NCBI GenBank assembly: GCA_028286685.1
Contig: JAQBRA010000004.1
Span: 120,300 to 184,299 of the forward strand
Length of the DNA stretch: 64,000 nucleotides
DNA from: Candidatus Adlerbacteria bacterium
Lineage (GTDB): Bacteria > Patescibacteriota > Minisyncoccia > Phycocordibacterales > SBAW01
Direction of reading: 5' to 3'
The notes beneath the pieces are model-generated. The model had not been told where the DNA came from and ran no database searches. It saw only the letters and a list, made by a program, of their open reading frames with translations. Position numbers and translations under genes: made by a program. How positions within the stretch are numbered: position 1 is the first letter of the stretch; every line of letters begins with the position of its first letter. Positions 55,869-64,000 of this stretch are shown here, one piece after another.

Positions 55869-56924
55869 CTAGGACAAAACCCGATAAAGCGCAAGCTCCA
55901 GCGGGATCTGCGGCAAGGGTGCGCGCTGGGTTTCCAAAAGCGCGGTAATAAGCTCCGCGAGCAGGGTCGAGTTTATCGCCACACCCTCTTTGCCTGCGAG
56001 CTCCTTGAGCAGTTTCAGGTCATCTTCGCCAAATTGGCCCGCAAGCTCTGCCTCCATTTTTGGGGCAAAGCGCAGGAGTAAGATGCCGCGCACCTTGGCT
56101 ATGGCAAGCAGTACGAAAGTCCTAGGCTCCGAGCCAGCGGCAACCGCCTTATGAAAGGCCCCAATGGCCCCTTCGATATCCTTTCCGGCCAGTGCCTGCA
56201 AGAAATCATTAACCGTTTGCGACGATGGCGCGCCCACTACTTTTGCAACCTCTTCCTCAGTAAGCTTCTCATCCGCGGAAATAGTCAGGACTTTCTGCAG
56301 AATGCCGAGCGTGTCGCGGAACGAGCCCTCACCCATAAGCGCCACCAGTTCGGCCCCGGCCGGAGTCATAGTCGTCCCCTCTTTTTTAGCGACATCCAAG
56401 ACAAGCGCCTTGAGCGTCTCGTGCGACGGCTTTTTGAAATTAAAGACCTGGCAGCGCGAGATGATGGTTTCAGGCACGCGATCGAGCTCGGTCGTCGCCA
56501 AGACGAACACGGCATGGCTCGGCGGCTCCTCCAGGGTCTTTAAGAGCGCTCCCCAGGCGTCCTTGGTAAGCGCGTGCGCTTCGTCGATTATGTAGAACTT
56601 GTACTGCGAGGCGAATGGCAAAGTAGACACGCCTTCGCGCAGCTCGCGTATCTCGTCGATGCCGCGGTTGCTCGCCGCATCCATCTCATAAATATCCTGA
56701 TTGTCAGTGCCCAAGGCCCCTGCCAAAATGCGCGCCATGGAGGTCTTGCCGGTTCCGCGCCCGCCCGCAAACAGGTAAGCATGGGCTATTTTGCCGTTTT
56801 TAACTGCTGCCTCCAAGACCGACACCACATGCTCCTGCCCGCGCACTGCCGCAAAGGTTCCCGGGCGATAGGTACGGTACAGGGCCATCGGCGCCCTCCC
56901 TTCAGTTTCAGCCTTTTTTGCCAT
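55869..56924 (-). CDS. dnaX: DNA polymerase III subunit gamma/tau (compact, 351 aa)
   Basis: Walker A GGRGTGKTS, Walker B IIDEAH, sensor motifs; no tau C-terminal extension. Confidence 0.85.
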   Translation of the reverse strand: MAKKAETEGRAPMALYRTYRPGTFAAVRGQEHVVSVLEAAVKNGKIAHAYLFAGGRGTGKTSMARILAGALGTDNQDIYEMDAASNRGIDEIRELREGVSTLPFASQYKFYIIDEAHALTKDAWGALLKTLEEPPSHAVFVLATTELDRVPETIISRCQVFNFKKPSHETLKALVLDVAKKEGTTMTPAGAELVALMGEGSFRDTLGILQKVLTISADEKLTEEEVAKVVGAPSSQTVNDFLQALAGKDIEGAIGAFHKAVAAGSEPRTFVLLAIAKVRGILLLRFAPKMEAELAGQFGEDDLKLLKELAGKEGVAINSTLLAELITALLETQRAPLPQIPLELALYRVLS

Positions 56925-57048
56925 TGCTACCAGTATACCTAAAAGCGGCCCCTATCCGTAATTAAAAAGAACCATGAAGGCACAAAACAACACCATTGCA
57001 TCAACATGTAAAGTCGCTTAGTATACCGAAGGAAGTGTGGGGAGAGCA

Positions 57049-57543
57049 ATGAAAGACTTCGAGCAGCAGTTAGCACAACACTACGGGTATCTTCGGAGGT
57101 TTGCGTATAATTTTGTCAGCACTCGGGAGGAGGCAGACGACCTGGTCCAAGACACCTTTGTGGCAGCCTTGGAAAGCCAGAGCTTCAGAGGGGAAAGTTT
57201 GTTACAAACTTGGTTGTCAGCCATCCTCAAATTCAAGGCACTTTCGTATCTGCGGCAAAAGAGCAGGCGCCAAAAGACAGTAGTTGACGGATTGGAGTAT
57301 GAGAGCGCGACAGAAACCGTTCCCATCCATGCACGTCAATTCGACTCTATGGCCCTGAAAGAGGTTCTCAACAAGATAAAAGATCTCCCTCCCTTGCAAA
57401 GCGAGGCAATCATACACACAAGGGTCTTTGGGTTCCCCGGGATCGAATTCGCCGACATGATCGGCATCCCTCGAGATACAGTAAAAACGAGGGTGCACTA
57501 TGGCATGAAGAACCTCCACAAGGAGGAGAGTATATCCAGTTAG
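57049..57543 (+). CDS. RNA polymerase sigma-70 factor, ECF subfamily
   Basis: Region 2 DLVQDTFVAAL and region 4 HTH (DTVKTRVHYGMKNL); ATG at 57049 with SD GGGGAGAG. Confidence 0.8.
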   Translation: MKDFEQQLAQHYGYLRRFAYNFVSTREEADDLVQDTFVAALESQSFRGESLLQTWLSAILKFKALSYLRQKSRRQKTVVDGLEYESATETVPIHARQFDSMALKEVLNKIKDLPPLQSEAIIHTRVFGFPGIEFADMIGIPRDTVKTRVHYGMKNLHKEESISS

Positions 57544-57566
57544 TAGGTAGCCAGTAGCGTAAGTAA

Positions 57567-57600
57567 CACCGCACGACCAACATTGTGCGGTGTTTTTATT
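57567..57600 (+). terminator. Intrinsic terminator after the sigma gene (CACCGCAC...GTGCGGTG plus TTTTTATTT)
   Basis: 8-bp stem followed by a T-run. Confidence 0.7.
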
Positions 57601-57630
57601 TGTCTTAAAGACACTTAGTGCCCGGTATAT

Positions 57631-57661
57631 AAAAAATGGCCTCGTCCTTTCGGACGAGGCC
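57631..57661 (-). terminator. Intrinsic terminator after the ParB-like gene (GGCCTCGTCC-TTTC-GGACGAGGCC plus T-run in minus sense)
   Basis: Perfect 10-bp stem. Confidence 0.7.
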
Positions 57662-57671
57662 TCGTAGCGTC

Positions 57672-58880
57672 TCAGCTCGCTTTCTTTTTTCCGTTAGTAT
57701 TCATAAGTTCCAGAACCTCAGGCCGGGTCGGTTTCTTAAGGCTACGGATACGGTCCAAGATACCGAGTATCCGTTCAAGGTGTTTAGCCGAAGTCTCAAA
57801 TTTCCGAATCACTTCCTCCACTTCCTCACGAGAGGCATTTTCAAAGATTCGCCGGAACTCTAGCTCGTCCCAATCAACAACCAAGCTGCCTTGCACCGCA
57901 CTTGAGAGCGACGCAAGCACTTCTTTACGCTTAACCGGATGAAAGCGCTCAACCGGCCGGCCGCCGCTAGAATTGCCTGATTTCAACTGGAGCTTGTGTT
58001 CCCGGATGAACTCGATGGCACGATCAGCACTGAGATCGCGCTTAGTGATGATCGCAAGGAGATAGCGCTGCATCATAAACCTCAACTCGCGCTCTCCGGT
58101 TTTTGAGAGATCATCCGGAATGCCGGCCTCAGACTTAGGAGCGTACGATTTGTGCAAGTGGCACAAGTCACCCAGCTCTTCTGCAGTCGGCGCCGGAATA
58201 CCACCAAGCTTGCCGCCCACGCTGATACTCAAGCGCTTGCGCCGGGGCAGTTCCGGATCCAAGAACTTCTGGATTTCCGGCGATAGCTTCGTAAGGTTCA
58301 TACGGTCGTAGAGCTGGGGCGCCGCGTATCCGAATGCCTTGCATAAGTCGTCGACTTTCCAGCCAAGCTTCTGCAGGTCAACGATCTCATATCCCTCTTC
58401 AAGGGGCGTAAGGTCGTCCTGGCCCTTGTTAAGAAGCGACATATCCAAGCGGTGAGTCTTTTCACTCTGATAGACGCGGACCATGATCGGCACCGCCCCT
58501 ACTTGCTTTGCCAGCGCCGCTTCGCGGCGGCGATGGCCGCCCACTGCGATGAAGTAGCAGTTGGCAAATTCAAGGGCTACCTTCGCCCACGGAGCCAGAT
58601 GCCTTGGAGTAAGCACGAGCGCTTGGCGTACACCGTTTGCCCCTACGCTTTCCTCAAGCTCTGCGCGCCGAGCCGGATTCATCGTCTTGCGCGGATTTTT
58701 TGGATCGGGCGCAATATGCACCGGATCCACAAAGCCGCTCTCATTAGATTTAGGCCACCACTCAAGCGGAGTATCTGACACCTCTACCGTATCGCCGCCC
58801 GGGAGCATTACCTCTCTAAGCGTTGACTGAGCCTTTTGAAGCATAGGAAGTCTCCCCTGTCTGAGGTGAAAATTGCGCAA
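57672..58880 (-). CDS. ParB/Srx-like N-terminal domain protein (402 aa), orphan with no adjacent parA
   Basis: ParB-N motif region VLTPRHLAPWAKVALEFANCYFIAVGGHRRREAA. Confidence 0.6.
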   Translation of the reverse strand: MRNFHLRQGRLPMLQKAQSTLREVMLPGGDTVEVSDTPLEWWPKSNESGFVDPVHIAPDPKNPRKTMNPARRAELEESVGANGVRQALVLTPRHLAPWAKVALEFANCYFIAVGGHRRREAALAKQVGAVPIMVRVYQSEKTHRLDMSLLNKGQDDLTPLEEGYEIVDLQKLGWKVDDLCKAFGYAAPQLYDRMNLTKLSPEIQKFLDPELPRRKRLSISVGGKLGGIPAPTAEELGDLCHLHKSYAPKSEAGIPDDLSKTGERELRFMMQRYLLAIITKRDLSADRAIEFIREHKLQLKSGNSSGGRPVERFHPVKRKEVLASLSSAVQGSLVVDWDELEFRRIFENASREEVEEVIRKFETSAKHLERILGILDRIRSLKKPTRPEVLELMNTNGKKKAS

Positions 58881-58989
58881 TGCCGCATACTGCAGCGTAC
58901 TTCTTTGCCTACTATAGGCGAAGACTCGCCGGAGCGGAAGTGGACAAGAAAAGGCCGCGGCACCTGCCGCGGCCTTTTCAAAAGATATA

Positions 58990-59391
58990 TTATTTCGCTT
59001 TCTTTGCTACCTTTTTTGCGCTCTTTTTAACCGCGGCAACCTTGCGCTTTGCGGCCGGCTTTTGGACCTGTATGTAGGCCCAGCCGGACTTGAGATCCTT
59101 AAGGAGTTTTGCCGCCTCGGCGCCGCCCGCGCCCGCAGCCTTGCCGTAGCGCTTAACGACCTCGTCAACAATTGCCATATAGGTCTCCTTGTCGACTTCC
59201 TTGAGATTCTCTACCGCATCCATAACCTCGGCGCGCGCCTTGAGCATCCAGCTCTTAGCGAGCTTGCGGTGCTTGGCGGCGTCCTTGGCGCCATACAACC
59301 AGTATGCGCCCGCTGCCGCTGCTGCAGTTGCCGCAGCCAAACCTGCTACCGCTACAGTGGTCTTCGCATCAATGCCGGATTTTTTTGCCAT
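58990..59391 (-). CDS. Hypothetical protein with Ala-rich TM helix and Lys-rich histone-H1-like tail
   Basis: C-terminus KPAAKRKVAAVKKSAKKVAKKAK. Confidence 0.5.
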   Translation of the reverse strand: MAKKSGIDAKTTVAVAGLAAATAAAAAGAYWLYGAKDAAKHRKLAKSWMLKARAEVMDAVENLKEVDKETYMAIVDEVVKRYGKAAGAGGAEAAKLLKDLKSGWAYIQVQKPAAKRKVAAVKKSAKKVAKKAK

Positions 59392-59416
59392 GTATGTTCT
59401 TTAGATTATAAGAAAA

Positions 59417-59749
59417 CTATTCTTCGCTTCCTCCCATTCCGCGCATGTCCTCGACGCGCACCCGCGAAACTCTGGGCTTTTTGCGCGCCGGCGGATTAAA
59501 TCGCGCAGCGGCAAGCCCCAGCAGTATATCCCATATCGAACCCAAGCGGCTGCTGCCGGCCCTGATAGTCTCGCGCAGCTCCGCCAAGTCCCCCGCTGCC
59601 GCCTCGCCCGCCTCATGCAGGCGCCGGGTGATCGCATTGAGTTCGCGCAGGAGGAGGACGAGGTACCATGCCACCGCGCCGATACCGGCCGCAATGATCA
59701 TAAGGGCCACGGCGACGAGCCCGATAAATACCATAAGCAGGGTTTCCAT
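59417..59749 (-). CDS. Hypothetical membrane protein (DUF948-like; N-terminal TM plus coiled coil)
   Basis: METLLMVFIGLVAVALMIIAAGIGAVAWYLVLL. Confidence 0.45.
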   Translation of the reverse strand: METLLMVFIGLVAVALMIIAAGIGAVAWYLVLLLRELNAITRRLHEAGEAAAGDLAELRETIRAGSSRLGSIWDILLGLAAARFNPPARKKPRVSRVRVEDMRGMGGSEE

Positions 59750-59799
59750 TGCGTCAGTGTACTACAAAGGCTTGCGGGCGCCTCTGTGGATACAGTCGC

Positions 59800-60786
<987 letters not shown>

Positions 60787-60824
60787 CTCGACACTGTATC
60801 CTGCTTTCTTGCTTGTGCAAAGCG

Positions 60825-61622
60825 CTAGCGCGCGCGGTAGTAGAGCTTGTCGCCGAAACGCAGGTCGAGATATTCAAAGTCAGCCAAACTGCGGCCCACA
60901 AACGGCTCGGCCACAAGCGCCAGCTCGAACCGCTCAAACACGTCGCCGCCGGCGTCATGGAGCGCAAATTTAAGAACGAAGCCGCTTTCAAACATTGCCT
61001 CCGCATCGCCCTGCGCATCGACCGAAACGCTTTGTACCGGGCCGGCCTCCGGCCTTTGCGAGAGCGCATCCACAAGCGCAAACAGCGACTCGAACGTTTC
61101 CGGCTCCAAATATTGCCGCGGCAGCGACTCTCCTGCAGCCAAGCCTCGGTACGACACAAACCCTCCCGCCTCCCCTGCGGGCGCGTACGCAACGCCGCCC
61201 TGGTCCATCAGGAAGCAGGACTCTGCCTGGCACCACAGGGCCTTAGGCTCGCGCTCGGCAACATCGGCGGCTATCGAGTGGAAGGTTACCGCATGCACGT
61301 CGGCGGTCCGCAGCTCCGGATACTCGGCCAAAAGCCCTGCGGCAATTTCGGGCTTAGGGTATAGGAATATGTTGCGCTTGGGGAACAAGTACAGGTATTG
61401 GCCGGCAATGGCCCGTTCTACGTAAGCCGCCACGGTGCTTGTAGCCAAGGTGCGCGTGCCGGTAACCTCAACCTCCCTTATCTGCAAAAACGGCAGGTAC
61501 GACGCCCCGACCAGGAGGATCATGAGCAAAAATAAAAAGCCGGCTGCGACAATCGCCAGGCGCGCGCGGCGCCGCTTGCGCCGCGCGCGCAATCTCGAAT
61601 GGGGCAACTCGACTCGGGACAT
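60825..61622 (-). CDS. FtsQ/DivIB-type cell-division protein (POTRA domain)
   Basis: Arg-rich N-terminus, single TM helix, POTRA-like IREVEVTGTRTLATSTVAAYVE. Confidence 0.6.
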   Translation of the reverse strand: MSRVELPHSRLRARRKRRRARLAIVAAGFLFLLMILLVGASYLPFLQIREVEVTGTRTLATSTVAAYVERAIAGQYLYLFPKRNIFLYPKPEIAAGLLAEYPELRTADVHAVTFHSIAADVAEREPKALWCQAESCFLMDQGGVAYAPAGEAGGFVSYRGLAAGESLPRQYLEPETFESLFALVDALSQRPEAGPVQSVSVDAQGDAEAMFESGFVLKFALHDAGGDVFERFELALVAEPFVGRSLADFEYLDLRFGDKLYYRAR

Positions 61623-61666
61623 TCCCCCAGTATAAACGAAACAAAGCGCCAGCTGGGCGCCTTTGC

Positions 61667-62974
61667 TTAAATTATGACTTTTTCCATCTTCTCGCGGCCG
61701 CCCAGGTACGGGCGCAGCGCCTCGGGGATCGTAACCGAGCCGTCGGCCTGCTGGTAGTTTTCCAAAATGGCAATGAGCGTGCGCCCTATGGCGTACGCCG
61801 TGGCATCGTTCATGTGCACGGGCTCTGAAGTGCCGTCCTGACGCTTTATTTTAGTATTGAGCCGGCGCGCCTGGTAGCCGCCCATGTAGTCGGAGGTCTG
61901 CGTCTCACGATAAGTATTCTGGCCCGGCATCCAGGAATTGATATCAAACTGGCGATGATCGGGGCCTCCCATGTCTCCGGTGCAGATAAGCAGCACCTGG
62001 TACGGAATCCCGAGAAGCTGCATGAGCCTTTCTTGCACGCCGACAAACAGCTCCTGCTCGGCCAGGCCGTCTTCGGGCTTCGCAAACGATTCCATCTCGA
62101 GCTTATCGAACTGGTGCTGGCGCAAGATGCCGCGCGTGTCCTTGCCCGCCGCACCCGCCTCGCGCCTAAACGCAGTCGAGTAGCCGATGTAGCGTATCGG
62201 CAGCCGCTCCTCGGCGATGGCCTCGTCCATATGCAAGGGGCCCATGGTGTGCTCGGCGCTGCCCACAAAGACAAGGTCGTCCTTTTCGTAATAATAGCGC
62301 TCGTCTATGGGGTCGAGCCGCGCCATGCGGTTCATCACTTGCGAGCGCATCATGACCGGCGGCAGCACGGGGATAAAAGGCTTGTCGCTTACGGAAAGGC
62401 CTTTCTCTTGTATTATTTTCGCCAGCTCCTCGCGCGAAGTAAGCACCGACATGGCAAGCTGCACGAGCGCGAACTGCATAAGCGCCAAGTCGCCCTTAAG
62501 GTAGGTAAACCGGGCGCCCGAAACCTCGGCCGCCTTCTCGCTGTCGATGACTCCCAGATCGCGGCCTATGTCCCAATGCGCCTTGGGCTCGAAATTAAAT
62601 TGGGGCTTCTCTCCCCACTCGCGCACGACCACGTTGCCCGACTCGTCGGGGCCTACCGGCGTATCTGCTGAAGGAATATTCGGTATCTTTATTAAAATCG
62701 AAACCAGCTCCTTCTCAATCTGCTGGTACTTATCTTCGGCCGCACGAAGCTCCTCTTTAAGATTCTTGCCGGCCTCGGCATCGCGCGCCGCCTGGGCCTC
62801 ATTGCGCTTGCGGTTAATATCGGACACCTCGCCGGCCGCCGCCTTGCGCTCCTCGGCAAGCTGCAAAAGACGATCGAGGTCTATGCCCTCCTTGTTCTTA
62901 TTCTTTATCGCCGTGCGGACCAGGTCCGGGTTCTCCCGTATAAACTGCAAATCGAGCATAGCCCAAGCATACAA
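61667..62974 (-). CDS. serS: Serine--tRNA ligase
   Basis: N-terminal coiled coil plus class II motifs (FRRE, GQNTYRETQ..., GRTLIAILENYQ). Confidence 0.9.
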   Translation of the reverse strand: MYAWAMLDLQFIRENPDLVRTAIKNKNKEGIDLDRLLQLAEERKAAAGEVSDINRKRNEAQAARDAEAGKNLKEELRAAEDKYQQIEKELVSILIKIPNIPSADTPVGPDESGNVVVREWGEKPQFNFEPKAHWDIGRDLGVIDSEKAAEVSGARFTYLKGDLALMQFALVQLAMSVLTSREELAKIIQEKGLSVSDKPFIPVLPPVMMRSQVMNRMARLDPIDERYYYEKDDLVFVGSAEHTMGPLHMDEAIAEERLPIRYIGYSTAFRREAGAAGKDTRGILRQHQFDKLEMESFAKPEDGLAEQELFVGVQERLMQLLGIPYQVLLICTGDMGGPDHRQFDINSWMPGQNTYRETQTSDYMGGYQARRLNTKIKRQDGTSEPVHMNDATAYAIGRTLIAILENYQQADGSVTIPEALRPYLGGREKMEKVII

Positions 62975-63028
62975 CGTCTTTTATATGTTGATAAGAGCGT
63001 GAAAAGTTCATAGTAAAATGAGGGCCAC

Positions 63029-63898
63029 ATGGAGTTCCCTATCCGCCAACTTTTGCCGGAGGAGTTTCCGCCGCTTATGGAAGAAATGCCCGAGCGCGAT
63101 CGGCCGCATTCCTTATATATTCGCGGGTCCATGCCGCCCAGGGAGCACTCCTTTTTATGCGTGGTGGGATCGCGGGCAACTTCTCCGTATGGCCGCCGCA
63201 TGTGCGCCACGCTTATCGCGGGCCTGGCGCGCTATCCGGTGGCGATAATATCGGGCATGGCTTTGGGTATCGATGCCGAGGCGCACAAGGCGGCGCTCGA
63301 TGTCGGGCTCCCTACCGTAGCCGTACTCCCCTCCTCGCTCGACGAGCGGAGCATCTACCCCTCGACCAACAAAGCGCTGGCCCAGCGGATACTTAGCTTA
63401 GGCGGGGCCCTTATTTCAGAAACCAAGGACCCTTACAAGGCGGCGATACACGACTTTCCCAAGCGCAATCGCCTAGTGGCCGGCATGTCGCGCGCGGCGC
63501 TTATTGTCGAGGCGGGAGAAAAGTCAGGCACGCTTATTACGGCGCGCTTGGCGCTCGACTATAACCGCGAAGTGCTGGCCATACCCCATGAGCTCGGACG
63601 CGCTTCGGGCGAGGGCGCCAACCGGCTCATACGCGAGGGCGCCACGCTGGTGCGCAATGCCGATGACATCCTGCAAGCTCTAGGCCTTAAGCTCTTGGAC
63701 AACCCAGAGCAACTGCCGCTCCCCGCCGACCTGACCCTCCCTGAGTCCGCGATACTTGCGGCCCTTGTGGAGCCTATGGAAAAAGACGACCTAATAGAAC
63801 AAGCAGAGCTCTCCGCGCAAGAAGCAAACATCGCGCTCTCCTCATTATTATTGCGTGGGCTGATTACGGAGCGGCTGGGGAAAATTGAACGGAGCTAA
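63029..63898 (+). CDS. dprA: DNA-processing protein DprA (Smf)
   Basis: Rossmann-like DprA core VVGSRATSPYG...AIISGMALGIDAEAHKAAL. Confidence 0.85.
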   Translation: MEFPIRQLLPEEFPPLMEEMPERDRPHSLYIRGSMPPREHSFLCVVGSRATSPYGRRMCATLIAGLARYPVAIISGMALGIDAEAHKAALDVGLPTVAVLPSSLDERSIYPSTNKALAQRILSLGGALISETKDPYKAAIHDFPKRNRLVAGMSRAALIVEAGEKSGTLITARLALDYNREVLAIPHELGRASGEGANRLIREGATLVRNADDILQALGLKLLDNPEQLPLPADLTLPESAILAALVEPMEKDDLIEQAELSAQEANIALSSLLLRGLITERLGKIERS

Positions 63899-63965
63899 AG
63901 CGTCTTGCCAGTTACACTTTTTATAGTAAAGTTTTAACAGATCTCCACCAAAGAAAGGAAGTGCA

Positions 63966-64000
63966 ATGGACCGTCCGCTCTTGGTCAAACTGCTGGCAGA
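63966..64000 (+). CDS. 5' end of a further plus-strand gene (truncated by the window edge)
   Basis: SD AAAGGAAG 6 nt before ATG 63966. Confidence 0.3.
   Translation, partial: MDRPLLVKLLA

Overview
This 64-kb window is a high-GC (~60%), densely coding stretch of a bacterial chromosome, mostly transcribed on the minus strand. Several genes are compact versions (DnaX 351 aa, UvrC 417 aa lacking the C-terminal HhH module), and several ATGs sit within about 10 nt of a TATAAT-like -10 box, suggesting leaderless transcription. Together this hints at a small-genome, possibly Patescibacteria/CPR-like lineage, but that is inference only. The backbone is a complete cyoABCDE cytochrome bo3 quinol-oxidase operon, nucleotide excision repair (uvrA, uvrB, uvrC), tgt, ddl, purC, dnaX, serS, dprA, rarA, msrA, rluF, rlmH, dusB, an FtsQ-like protein, cspA, an ECF sigma factor, tRNA-Ala(TGC) and tRNA-Gln(TTG), and a cluster of secreted and cell-surface proteins including a 1576-aa giant protein with a peptidoglycan-binding C-terminus. 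Two accessory regions stand out. The first (47.8-54.9 kb) sits next to tRNA-Gln and carries at least 12 direct copies of a conserved 28-bp sequence, GCTGGGTGTATGGGACGATGTTGGAACC. These bound about 11 single-gene cassettes, all on the minus strand, encoding barstar-like, SET-domain, minimal nucleotidyltransferase, VOC, Gloeo_Verruco-repeat plus PG-binding, DUF2200 and small membrane proteins. One copy is split exactly at its centre, and the repeat resembles the tRNA-Gln 3' end. No integrase, no canonical attC hairpins and no cas genes are present. I read this as an undescribed integron-like or dif-module-like site-specific cassette array. The second (7.2-9.5 kb) is a roughly 2-kb AT-rich island next to tRNA-Ala encoding an AAA_21-type ABC ATPase plus a TOPRIM-like (DUF4276-like) protein, a PARIS/OLD-class candidate anti-phage module. 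Additional signals are a shared structured leader or promoter element upstream of uvrB and tgt with a covarying hairpin, a promoter-driven candidate sRNA or micro-peptide locus downstream of uvrB, and several unlisted small genes. All coordinates are read directly from the sequence. No database searches were possible, so family assignments rest on recognisable motifs.
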